Below, in pieces: positions 46,889-56,301 of a stretch of DNA of 64,000 bases. The DNA lies in assembly GCA_965197585.1 (NCBI GenBank), contig OZ240215.1:800001-864000 (forward strand), in the 5' to 3' direction. Within the stretch, counting starts at the first letter, position 1; every line of letters begins with the position of its first letter. Made by a program: the position numbers and the translations under genes. This DNA comes from Dehalococcoidia bacterium (GTDB lineage Bacteria; Chloroflexota; Dehalococcoidia; Plut-88900). Below the pieces are notes generated by a model that saw nothing but the letters and a program-made list of their open reading frames with translations, ran no database searches and was not told the DNA's origin.

Positions 46889-48081
46889 GAGGCCACCGTC
46901 CTTTCTGCTGGTTTCTCGGCCTGCTTGGTGAAGGCAGGCATGACTTCCTTGCCGAACCGTTCCAGCTGCTCCATCACGACCGCGTGAGGGGTGCCGATGG
47001 CGTTGCCGGCGTTGATGCGCTCTAGGCCAGGGTACATCTCCTGGACCTTCATAAGCTGCTCGATAATGAAATCGGGTGGGCCGCACAGCCAACCTCCTCG
47101 TGCAGCATCATCCTCGATCTTCGGCAGGTCGGCGAAGGGGGCCTTCGCGGGGTCGCCGAGGATCTCGATCTGCTCGGGGGTAATGCCCCGACGCATGTTG
47201 AGCGGGGCAAACATCTTCATGTCCTCGTAGTAGTAGTCACGGGCCTCCTGGATCGCCCTTTCGGGGGTTTCGGCGATGTGGAAGGAGAAACCCATGAGGA
47301 GGTCGCCTCCTAGCTCGGTCTCCCGGCCGTGGGCGGCCAGGGTTTCCTGCCAGGTCCTTACGACCTTGTTGGATGCGCCACCCTGGGCCACGCCGCCGCC
47401 GATCACGCCCTGTATGCCGTGCTTCGCCATGAAGTTGAGGCCCCTGGGGTTGCCGCTGACGATGGGCTGCCAGCACTCGACGGGAAGGTTGACGGGCCGA
47501 GGGACGAGAGTAAGCTCTTCCAGTTCATAGCCGCGGTAGGGGACCTTGGCGGGGATGTCGTAGTACTTTCCGTGGTGGGTGAAAGACTCGTTGTTGAAAG
47601 CTTTAAAGATGATGTCGAGCTGTTCTTCAAAGAGGTCTCGGTTGGCGTCCTGGTCAAGGAGAGGGGCGTCGAAGACTTCAACCTCCCGGGTGTGGTAACC
47701 CCTGCCGACGCCGAAGGTGACACGGCCTTTTGTGAGGACGTCGGCGGTGGCGTAGTCCTCGGCGAGGCGGAGAGGGTGCCACATGGTGGTGATGTTGAAC
47801 CCGGAGCCTATTTTGAGCTTCTTGGTGATGCTGGTCAGGTGCATGGCGAGCATCAGGATGTTGGGGATGCACTCGTAGCCTTCACGCTGGAAGTGGTGCT
47901 CGGCGAGCCATAGCGTGTGGTAGCCGAGGTCGTCCATGAGCTTCGCCATGTCCTCGGCCCGGTCAAAGGCGGTTATCAAGTGCTCGTTGGGATAGAGGCG
48001 GTCGTTGACGGCGGGCGCCGAGAGACCGACAGTCTCCATGTCCACGTGACCCGCGAATAGGGTGCCGAATTTGGTAATCAT
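46885..48081 (-). CDS. Luciferase-like (LLM) monooxygenase
   Basis: WLAEHHFQ, HPLRLAEDYATADVLTKGR. Confidence 0.92.
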   Translation of the reverse strand: MITKFGTLFAGHVDMETVGLSAPAVNDRLYPNEHLITAFDRAEDMAKLMDDLGYHTLWLAEHHFQREGYECIPNILMLAMHLTSITKKLKIGSGFNITTMWHPLRLAEDYATADVLTKGRVTFGVGRGYHTREVEVFDAPLLDQDANRDLFEEQLDIIFKAFNNESFTHHGKYYDIPAKVPYRGYELEELTLVPRPVNLPVECWQPIVSGNPRGLNFMAKHGIQGVIGGGVAQGGASNKVVRTWQETLAAHGRETELGGDLLMGFSFHIAETPERAIQEARDYYYEDMKMFAPLNMRRGITPEQIEILGDPAKAPFADLPKIEDDAARGGWLCGPPDFIIEQLMKVQEMYPGLERINAGNAIGTPHAVVMEQLERFGKEVMPAFTKQAEKPAERTVAS

Positions 48082-48250
48082 GGGTTTGCTCCTTCACTCT
48101 CGGGGCTAAGGACTTGGAAGGCTCGGCATTGGACTTTTTCGTTGTTCTGGACACATATTTCCACTATCGTTGCCGACCTCGAGAATATGTACCGGATATA
48201 CGTAGATATCGCCTGCCTGCGTCTGTTTCGTGTGCCTCGATGCTCATTAG

Positions 48251-48655
48251 CTAGAAACCCAGCAGGTCAAACAAGTCATCCTCTCTCATAGCACGCCGCT
48301 TCCTGGCAGCTTCCTTCGCAAGCTCTTTCGTTATCTTATTGAAGTGCCTCCGCCGAATGACGCGTGTAGGAGGCTCCTTAGCCTTACTTGCGGGAGATAA
48401 CTCGTACAGGTTGCGAAACTCCGCGTTTGTTAGGTTGGACTTACACTTGTTACAAGGGCCACAAATCAACTGGAAATTCCCCAATGTATCGCGCCCATCA
48501 CGTGAGAACGGAGTCTTGTGGTCGGCCTCGAAGTAATCGATTTCCAACTTGATGCCGCAGTACATACAGCGACCCTTTTGCTTCTCATAGAGATGTAGCT
48601 TAACGTCTTTGGGGAATTTAATGCGGCGTCGGGGTTGCCCCCACCAGTCGAGCAT
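48251..48655 (-). CDS. HNH endonuclease
   Basis: CMYC...DHKTPFSRDG....NFQLICGPCNKCKS; AAGGAG RBS. Confidence 0.88.
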   Translation of the reverse strand: MLDWWGQPRRRIKFPKDVKLHLYEKQKGRCMYCGIKLEIDYFEADHKTPFSRDGRDTLGNFQLICGPCNKCKSNLTNAEFRNLYELSPASKAKEPPTRVIRRRHFNKITKELAKEAARKRRAMREDDLFDLLGF

Positions 48656-48794
48656 GTGGGTCTCCTTTACTTGTATCCGCCAAAGATTGCGTGGCCTGCG
48701 TACATCCAGAAACAATCTACTTTGCTGAAGCCCGCGTCGCGGGAGCCAGTTTAGCTGATTGGAGAGTGGCGATGGTTGATCATAGGACTCGGGT

Positions 48795-49391
48795 CTAGGG
48801 TCTGCCTTCTGGGGCGGCGGTGAGGTGTCCCGTGGGGATGTCCGTGAAGGTCCGGCGGAACCTGTAGAGGGTGACCTCCGGCTCGATGGGCATGACGGGG
48901 TATTCCTCGCCCTCATCGATCTTGGCGTTGATGAACCATGGTCCGTCTTCTGCCAGAGCGTGCACCAGGACGCCTTCCAGCGACTCCAGGTCTCGGACGG
49001 TGGCTGTTTTTTCGATACCGCAACCTGCCGCAACTTTTTCAAGATCGGTGGAGAAGGCAGTGTGAGTTTTCTGGTGCCCGGTCTGGCACCACTCTTCGTT
49101 GTCCCAGGCTATGACGACAAGGTTCTTGGGGTTTTCGCGGGCTATGGTTGCCAGCGTGCCCATGTTCATCAGGAGGGAGCCGTCTCCGTCGAGAGAGACG
49201 ATCTTCTCATCGGTGGAGAGGGCCATGCCGAGGGCCATGGACGAGCAGAGGCCCATGGATCCGTAGGTGTAGAAGTTGCGGTCCCGGTGGCCGGATATCC
49301 AGAGCTCATCGGTTGTCGGGCCTAGGTTTGAAATCACCACCTCGTCGTTGAGGTGAGACAGGATCATCTTGGTGGCGTCTAATCTAAGCAA
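48795..49391 (-). CDS. comE: Sulfopyruvate/phosphonopyruvate decarboxylase beta subunit-like (TPP-binding)
   Basis: NFYTYGSMG, DGDGSLLMN, WDNE; TTG start overlapping alpha subunit end with GGAGG RBS. Confidence 0.75.
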   Translation of the reverse strand: MLRLDATKMILSHLNDEVVISNLGPTTDELWISGHRDRNFYTYGSMGLCSSMALGMALSTDEKIVSLDGDGSLLMNMGTLATIARENPKNLVVIAWDNEEWCQTGHQKTHTAFSTDLEKVAAGCGIEKTATVRDLESLEGVLVHALAEDGPWFINAKIDEGEEYPVMPIEPEVTLYRFRRTFTDIPTGHLTAAPEGRP

Positions 49392-49893
49392 GCTTGCCTC
49401 CGTGGAGCAAGGGTGTAAGGCAAAAGGCGACGGGCTCGCGGCTGCTGTAGCATAGCTTGAGTCCCCCGCCGACGGTCTTGTCGAGGTTGCGGTCTGTGTC
49501 GAGGGTGTAGAAGGGAATGTTGAGGACGTCCAGGATGGGTCGGGTGGCCCTGCCCATGGGGACCTGGGCAATGTTGAACTCCCCGACCTCGCCGCGAAGG
49601 TTAATGAATATGGGGATGGGGAAGCGGCAGGGGATGCAGAGGCTGCAGATGGCGTTTACGGAGTTGCCGAACCCGCTGGACTGCATGAATACGGCGGCGT
49701 TCCGCCCCGCGGCGAAGGCCCCGGCGGCGATGCCGATGGCCTCTTCTTCCCTGGTGGCGGCGATGACATGGAAATAGCGATCACTTTCCAGCAGGGAGGT
49801 AACTCTGTCGATACTGATGTCGGGGACGAAGACTATCAGGGATACTTCTTTCTTCTTCAGCTCTTCAACTATGGTCTCGGCCCAGTTAGGCAT
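49384..49893 (-). CDS. comD: Sulfopyruvate/phosphonopyruvate decarboxylase alpha subunit-like
   Basis: VPD, TREEEAIGIAAG, MQSSGFGN, RGEVGEFNIAQVPMG. Confidence 0.78.
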   Translation of the reverse strand: MPNWAETIVEELKKKEVSLIVFVPDISIDRVTSLLESDRYFHVIAATREEEAIGIAAGAFAAGRNAAVFMQSSGFGNSVNAICSLCIPCRFPIPIFINLRGEVGEFNIAQVPMGRATRPILDVLNIPFYTLDTDRNLDKTVGGGLKLCYSSREPVAFCLTPLLHGGKLA

Positions 49894-49931
49894 AAAGGTG
49901 CAATCTCCGAATCTAAGGTTTTGGGTCGGGG

Positions 49932-51110
49932 CTAGGGGCCTGCGGCTACGTTTTTGACGTAGTCGGCCTTGGCCTTTTCCATGGCCTTGGTATTGAGGGC
50001 AACGAGCTCCGCACGTTTCTTGACTGACCATTCCCGGGACTCGTGGAGGCTGGTTACCGAGCCCTGGAAGCGGGGCATGACGTAGCGGGCAAGGAGCTCG
50101 TAGCTGTGGAGAACCTGCTCTCGGGTGCCCCACTCGGTGGCCTGAATGAGGAGTCTTCCAAACCCGCCCGACTCCTCTTCGAGGCGGAGGATGGTGTCTA
50201 CGAGATCGTCGGGGGTGCCGACGCACCAGTTGTTGGTGGCCACCATGTGGTCGATGATCTTGTCCTGTGGCCCGTCGAAGGCCTTGGGCAATCCGAGCGT
50301 ATCTTCGAAATACTCTTTCTGATAGCGGCCCGAGGCCTCTCGGGCCTGCTCCATGGCCTCCTTGCGGCTCTCGGCGAGGTGGACGTGGATGACGATGCCC
50401 CAGTCGTCCCGGCTGACGGTATTGCCGTACTTGTCGGCGGTCTCCTCGGCGATGTCCCAGAACTTGGCGAGGTCGGGGGCTGCAGCGCCGGGGACCGAGA
50501 TGGTGTTCAGGGAGAGGACGGCGAGGCCGTACTTACCGGCGCAGACCATTCCGGCGGGGGAGTAGGATGCCGCAACGGCGACCGGGATGTGGGGCAGAGT
50601 ATATGGACGAAGGTGAACGGTGGCCTCCTTGAGGGTAAACCAGTCGGCTTCATAGGTGATGGGGTCGGTCTCGGTCCAGAGGCGTAGGATGATGTTGAGG
50701 GCCTCATCCATGCGCTGGCGCTGGAGAGGAGGGTCGATGCCGAGCATGAAGGCATCGCCGACAAGGGCCCCGGGCCCGACCCCCATCATCACTCTGCCTC
50801 GGGTCATGTGGTCGAGTTGGATCATGCGGTTGGCGACCATGAGGGGATGATGGTAGGGAAGGCTGAGGACGCCCGTGCCCAGCTTGATGTGCTTGGTGCG
50901 CTGGGCGGCGGCCCCGATGAAGATCTCCGGGGAAGCGATGGTCTCCCAGCCGCCGCTGTGGTGCTCGCCGATCCAAGCCTCGTCGTAGCCCAGCTGGTCG
51001 AGCCACTCCAGCAATTCCATGTCGCGTTCGAAGGAGAGGGTAGGATTTTCGGCGGCCCAATGGAAGGGGGCCATGAAAATGCCGAACTTCATGCGTGCGG
51101 GCAGTGTCAT
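49932..51110 (-). CDS. Luciferase-like (LLM) monooxygenase, LimB-like
   Basis: FGIFMAPFH, WIGEHHSGGWE, LDHMTRGRVMMGVGPG. Confidence 0.92.
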   Translation of the reverse strand: MTLPARMKFGIFMAPFHWAAENPTLSFERDMELLEWLDQLGYDEAWIGEHHSGGWETIASPEIFIGAAAQRTKHIKLGTGVLSLPYHHPLMVANRMIQLDHMTRGRVMMGVGPGALVGDAFMLGIDPPLQRQRMDEALNIILRLWTETDPITYEADWFTLKEATVHLRPYTLPHIPVAVAASYSPAGMVCAGKYGLAVLSLNTISVPGAAAPDLAKFWDIAEETADKYGNTVSRDDWGIVIHVHLAESRKEAMEQAREASGRYQKEYFEDTLGLPKAFDGPQDKIIDHMVATNNWCVGTPDDLVDTILRLEEESGGFGRLLIQATEWGTREQVLHSYELLARYVMPRFQGSVTSLHESREWSVKKRAELVALNTKAMEKAKADYVKNVAAGP

Positions 51111-51549
51111 GAATCCCTCCTCTTTACCGGGGCACGTTGCGCTCGACGAAACACCTGGCGAGTATGCTTTTGGATGGGGCGGTTGTCAATTGGGTGTACT
51201 CGTCAGGTAGGTTAGTGACACACCGGGGTTTTCTTCAGTCCTCCTTAGGCGGATGTTCCATCTTCGATTGTGGGGTGGGGTGGGGTTTTGTCTGTTGGGA
51301 GGGTTGACGATGGAAGACGCTGGTTGGTCGGTTTTGCCCCGTTTTGCTGGCGGATGTTGGGCTGCTCCGAGGCGTGGAAGCCCTGCCACCCCTAATGCTC
51401 GATGATAAACACGGACTTTCCGGGGAGATAGTCCGGCTGTGACCCCGCCTCTGAATGCCCGCAGGCATGATGGGGGCCAGTGATCGGGCAGTAGCCCCCT
51501 CAGATATGGTATTTGCGTGGGCCACCCGAGGGTCCAAGCGGCCCAACGG

Positions 51550-51709
51550 CCCCTTGCTTGATATGGCGTAAGCTCGCAGGCGGGCCAACCTCCGAGAGGG
51601 AGTCTCGGCCGGGGATAGCCGGTCCGCCACCCCTTGCTTGATAAAGCGTAAGCTCGCTGCTAACCGACCACCGAGACGGGTTCTCGGCGGGGAATGGCCG
51701 GTCCACTAT
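51550..51709. repeat. Two tandem ~80-bp imperfect repeats with hairpins
   Basis: CCCTTGCTTGATA...CGTAAGCTCGC at 51551 and 51631, each followed by CCGAGA-N5-TCTCGG and GCCGGTCC. Confidence 0.8.
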
Positions 51710-51923
51710 GACGCCGTCCAGGCATCTTCCATCGCCTGACTACCAGGGAAAGGGGCACGGGACCCGTGGGGATGAGGAGATGGCGACCTTCGCTTGTACC
51801 GCGGGCCTGCGCGAGGGCCGTTGGGATGGACTGAGGCGTTGAGTCCTCGGGTGGGGCCGGGTGGGCTTCCCTGGGTTTTTGGTTCCTCCTTGAGATAGTT
51901 AGGGTGGTGTTCGAACGGTGAGG

Positions 51924-51953
51924 ATAGTAGCACGGGTGTTCAAGTAGAGTCAA
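51924..51953 (-). promoter_or_regulatory. Sigma70-like promoter with LexA-box-like sequence in spacer
   Basis: TTGACT-18 nt-TACTAT on minus strand; spacer contains GAAC-accc-GTGC (one mismatch to GAAC-N4-GTTC). Confidence 0.45.
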
Positions 51954-52016
51954 GGGGTTCGTGTCACACTTGGGGAGACACCCCCCAGCCCCACCGGGGA
52001 ACCCTCACCCCCTTTA

Positions 52017-52460
52017 TCCCCCTCTCCCTTAGGGCCATTAAGGGAGAGGGGGAGATAAGAACAGAGGCCCGCACGGGTGCACGGCACCCGTGCGGGCCTC
52101 TAGTTCAATACTGGGGAGAAGGGGATGGACTCCTGATCGGAGTTGGGGATGACGGGAGGGGGGTGGCACGGGCAACGAATTGGCTAAGGTGGGCCACCCC
52201 CCGCTCGACCCTTCGACTTAGCTCAGGATGAGCGGCCCCGCACCGGGGATGGATTCCCGTGTCGGGGTACGAGAATGACGAGAGAGGTGGGGGATGGATT
52301 CACGCCATAGACGCACGTTCCGCCCGATAGGGGTCGGGAATGATGGGAGGGGGTGGAAGGGGGGCAAGGATGGTCGGATAGGCGTCTGTGTTGTGCACGC
52401 AGGCGTTTGAGATCCCTCGCGGGGCCTCGGGATGGGATGTAAGGGGCCTCGGGATGGAAG
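52017..52460. repeat. Cluster of REP/MITE-like palindromic repeats
   Basis: 15-bp IR 52017-52053, 18-bp IR 52063-52101, three GGGGATGGA(C/T)TC units, duplicated GGGGCCTCGGGATGG. Confidence 0.75.
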
Positions 52461-52584
52461 GAAGGTGCGGAGTGATATCACACCTGTTTGTGGGCTAGAC
52501 CATCGGTTTAAGAAGGTGGGATATACTGTCGGGGCCAAGGGTATGTGCGTAGGTGGAATCCATACGCAGGGAGGGAATTGCCAG

Positions 52585-53535
52585 ATGGCCAGTGCAGCTT
52601 ACGACATCGTGAAAGAACGATTGGATGAGGGAGAGGTTGTGCTCCTCGACGGCGCGATCAGCACGGAGATAGAAAAGCGGGGGGTGCCGATGGACCAGCT
52701 GGTGTGGTCGGGGCTTGGGAGCAAGATCGGCAGCGAGACCCTGCTTGAAGTGCACAAGGATTACATTCGGGCGGGCGCCGACGTGATTACAACAAACACG
52801 TTCTCCTCGGCGAGACACAGCCTGTCTGCGGCGGGACAGGGTGATGCGACTCGGGAGATTAACGCAATGGCCGTGTCGCTGGCCAAGCAGGCAGTGGATG
52901 AGGCATCAGAGGGGAGGACAGTCCTTGTGGCGGGATCGATATCACCGTTCGGGGCTTACACAGAGATTCTGGGGCATGAGTCGCCGCCGATCGACCTCCT
53001 CAAAGATAGCTACCGGGAACAGGCGGAGATACTGGCGGAGGAGGGTGTCGACCTGCTCCTATTGGAAATGCTCAGGGACGTGGAACGGGCCAGCGTGATA
53101 ATGGAAGTGGCGCTGGCGGCTGGGATACCGGTGTGGGCGGGCTTCAGCAGCGAAGTCAAAGCCGGTAAGCCAGTAATGCCTTTGGGGGAATATGCTATAG
53201 CTGATGGGGCAACCTTCGAGGAAATGCTGGGCAACGTGATGGCGCTGGGCGGAGACATGGCAATAGTCATGCACTCGGAAGTTGAGTACATAGCGCCGAC
53301 GCTGGAAGTGATGAAAGAGAAGTGGGCCGGGCCGTTGGGAGCCTACGCTTACTCGGGTTACTGGGCCCGACCCAACTGGAATTTCGATGCAGTGATATCC
53401 CCTGAGGACTACCTGAACGCGGCGAGGGGTTGGGTGGAGGCCGGGGCCCGGCTCATAGGCGGGTGCTGCGGCATCGGCCCCGAGCATATCCGGCTGCTTA
53501 GTGAGAATCTAAAGCGGGTGCCAGCTTCAAACTAA
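52585..53535 (+). CDS. Homocysteine S-methyltransferase family protein
   Basis: LLDGAISTE, AGADVITTNTF, GGCCGIGPEHI. Confidence 0.92.
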   Translation: MASAAYDIVKERLDEGEVVLLDGAISTEIEKRGVPMDQLVWSGLGSKIGSETLLEVHKDYIRAGADVITTNTFSSARHSLSAAGQGDATREINAMAVSLAKQAVDEASEGRTVLVAGSISPFGAYTEILGHESPPIDLLKDSYREQAEILAEEGVDLLLLEMLRDVERASVIMEVALAAGIPVWAGFSSEVKAGKPVMPLGEYAIADGATFEEMLGNVMALGGDMAIVMHSEVEYIAPTLEVMKEKWAGPLGAYAYSGYWARPNWNFDAVISPEDYLNAARGWVEAGARLIGGCCGIGPEHIRLLSENLKRVPASN

Positions 53536-53584
53536 ACGCGGCATTCGAGTCACCGGTCATAAATTTCGCCTTGTCATATAGACA

Positions 53585-54877
53585 TTGAACATCAAGAACG
53601 GCCTATCGCAAGCTTCATTCGACATGAGAGGGCTGGTCTCGGGTGTACGCTCGATCAGGCCTGACTACGGGTGGGTGGTTATCGGGGTGGTGTTTCTCGG
53701 GATGGCTGTCGGGATAGGCGGGACGCACTACTCATTCGGACTGTTCGTGGAACCCCTGGAGAAAGAGTTCGGGTGGAACCGGACGCAGTTGAACGCGTCC
53801 TTATCGTTCGCCGCCGTATCGTCGTTGGTAGCGCCGTTGATAGGGCGGGCCCTGGACAAGTTCGGCGCGAGACCGGTGATGGCAGCGTCAATACTTACCT
53901 TGGCACTTACCTTCGGGCTGCGCCCCCTCATGGGGAACGTATGGCACTGGTACCTGCTGAGCTTGGTGCATTTCGTGGCGTTTCCTGGGGCAACGATGCT
54001 TGCTGGGCCGAAGCTGGTGGGGAGCTGGTTTCCAAGGACTCGGGGGCGGATGATGGGGGTGTCGTCGATGGGGGCAAACTTCGGGGGAATCATATTGCCG
54101 TTTTCGATAGGCGCGCTGATCACGGCAACAAGCTGGAGGTGGGGGTTCACGGTGTTGGGGGCGCTATCGGGACTGGTTGGGGTGTTGGCGCTTTTGTTCG
54201 TGCGGGAGAGGAAAGCGGGAGCGGAGCCGAAAGATACCGCATCGGAGTCACGGGCTCCGCTGTTGGCCTCGGACAGGGGGGCCACGGTGAGGGAGGCATT
54301 CCGCAGCCCCCTAGTCTATGCGATGACCATCGGAACGGTGGCAGCCAGCTTCGCCTATTCGGCGATGCTGACCCAGATCATTCCTCACCTGGAGGCCGAG
54401 GGTCTGCCGAAGGAGCAGGCAGCGGCATTTCTCAGCCTGATGGCGGTATTCGGGATGGGGGGCAAGGTGTCGTTTGGGTACCTGACGGAACGGCTGGCGT
54501 CCAGGAAAGTGCTGAGCCTGAGCTTGTTCGTACAGGGCGTCTGTCTGGTGGCGCTCATCACATTGCCGGGATATTCGGCGCTGTGGTTGTTCGCGCCGAT
54601 ACTGGGGTTGGGTTTCGGGGGAATGGGGTCGGCGTTGCCGATCCTGGTGCAGGACACGGTGGGGATGCGGAACTTCGGCACGATATATGGATTCGTGACC
54701 ATGGCTACGGTATCCTCATCGTTGCTGGGGCCACTGCTTATGGGGTCGGTGTACGACCTGCGAGGCAGCTATGCCATCGGGTTCGTGGTAGTGATTGTGA
54801 TCTATGCAGTGGGGATATTGTCTTTGCAGGCGGCGAGGCCCATGCCCCAGGCCTCGCAGATGGAGAGTGGTCCCTAG
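53585..54877 (+). CDS. MFS transporter (OFA/MCT-like)
   Basis: GRALDKFGAR, WFPRTRGRMMG, about 12 TMs. Confidence 0.9.
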   Translation: MNIKNGLSQASFDMRGLVSGVRSIRPDYGWVVIGVVFLGMAVGIGGTHYSFGLFVEPLEKEFGWNRTQLNASLSFAAVSSLVAPLIGRALDKFGARPVMAASILTLALTFGLRPLMGNVWHWYLLSLVHFVAFPGATMLAGPKLVGSWFPRTRGRMMGVSSMGANFGGIILPFSIGALITATSWRWGFTVLGALSGLVGVLALLFVRERKAGAEPKDTASESRAPLLASDRGATVREAFRSPLVYAMTIGTVAASFAYSAMLTQIIPHLEAEGLPKEQAAAFLSLMAVFGMGGKVSFGYLTERLASRKVLSLSLFVQGVCLVALITLPGYSALWLFAPILGLGFGGMGSALPILVQDTVGMRNFGTIYGFVTMATVSSSLLGPLLMGSVYDLRGSYAIGFVVVIVIYAVGILSLQAARPMPQASQMESGP

Positions 54878-54901
54878 GGAACTTTGAGAGGAAGGCAACC
54901 G

Positions 54902-55887
54902 ATGAAAGAAGCGACAAGGCTTTACATAGGGACTCACAACGGGGTCCGGGTGCTGGACGTCAACGGGAATGGCGGAGAAGTGAAAGAGGTAAGAGCGCTG
55001 ACGCTGGACCATGCTGCGGCCCGGGTATCAGTATCAGGGTCCGCGGCGGGACGCGTTTATTTGGCGGCGTATGAGTCGGGGCTGTGGCGGAGCGATGACG
55101 GCGGGGCCACGTGGCACGAGTTGAAGTCCTACCCCGAACCTTTCGCTCACAGCGTGGTCGTTGACCCCGAGGACGGGGACTTGTTGTACGCGGGCGCTGA
55201 GCCCGCGGCCCTCTACCGCTCCACCGACGGCGGCGAGTCTTGGGAGGAGTGTCGAGGCTTTGCCGGTATGCCCGAAGCAGCGCAGTGGGGGTTCCACGGG
55301 TCTCGGAAGTCCCATGTGCGGGAGCTGAGAATCCGGCCTGGAGACCGTTACTCGATGTATGCGGGGATAGAGGTGGGGGAATAGTGAGGAGCAGGGATGG
55401 GGGAGCAACGTGGGAGCAACTCGTGGGTACGGACCCGGACATCCACACGATCCACATCAGTGAGAGCCAACCCGAAACCATTTACACGGCGACTGCAAAC
55501 GGCCCCTACAGAAGCGACGACGCTGGCGACTCGTGGCGGTTGGTCAACTCAGGGTTGGCAAACCGGTACTCGGTGCCCGTTTCGGCGGCGCCTGAAGACC
55601 ATCGGAGGGTTATGGTGTCGGTATCGGACAACGCAGGCCGAAGGTCGGGGGCACGGGCCTATCTGTCGACGGACGCGGGGGAAAGCTGGTCACAGCTGAA
55701 AATTGGCGCAGATGACGACATGGTAATCGCGTATGGGTGGGACCCTCACGACCGTAACCGGGTCTATGCCGGTACCGACTCCGGAAAGCTCTACGTGAGC
55801 GGAGACGGTGGAGAAAATTGGGACCAGATCGACGCGGGGTTAGACTCGATAGCGGTGGGGGCACTGGTCACGGGTCCCGGTAACTGA
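54902..55887 (+). pseudogene. BNR/Asp-box beta-propeller protein, frameshifted at G-run 55375-55379
   Basis: Repeated RSxDGGxTW boxes continue from ORF ending 55384 into frame ending 55887; one extra G restores GIEVGGIVRS. Confidence 0.8.
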
Positions 55888-55904
55888 GGAAAGAACATCA
55901 ACTT

Positions 55905-56273
55905 ATGCAGCTGATCAGCGGAGTCCTAATGGCATTGGCAGTGACCGTGCTGCTGTTGCTAATTCCAGTGGTGCACTTTGTAAGCGGGCCCATCGGACCG
56001 TTCGTGGGTGGTTTCATCGGGATTGGAAGGTGGGAGAAAAGGCCGGAATCGGCGTTTGCCGCGGGTTTGGCTTTCGGGTTTGTGCTATGGCTGCTGCTGG
56101 CTGCCATCACAGCGATAGTCATAGTAGTGCTGGCATCTGTGACTAGCGTGATTTCGGGAGGGACGGGAGCCCTGATTATCGGGGCGGCGGTGGGTGGGGT
56201 GTTCTACATAGCAATTCTAGCCACAGCAGGGGCGACGATAAGCGCGAGCCGGGTGAAGAAGGAAGAGGGTTGA
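55905..56273 (+). CDS. Small multi-pass membrane protein
   Basis: Four hydrophobic Gly-rich helices. Confidence 0.75.
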   Translation: MQLISGVLMALAVTVLLLLIPVVHFVSGPIGPFVGGFIGIGRWEKRPESAFAAGLAFGFVLWLLLAAITAIVIVVLASVTSVISGGTGALIIGAAVGGVFYIAILATAGATISASRVKKEEG

Positions 56274-56301
56274 GAAGCGGGGTCAGGAGCGGTGAGAAGA
56301 G

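Noticed and set aside
51551-51600. Purine riboswitch (GATATGG loop)
   Set aside because: Lacks the GTTTCTACC junction and P3/L3, and the second repeat unit loses the loop
51550-52460. CRISPR array
   Set aside because: Repeats are few, degenerate and irregularly spaced with no unique spacers; no cas genes
53671-55074. 467-aa alternative-frame ORF
   Set aside because: Overlaps the MFS gene in another frame and has no recognisable motifs
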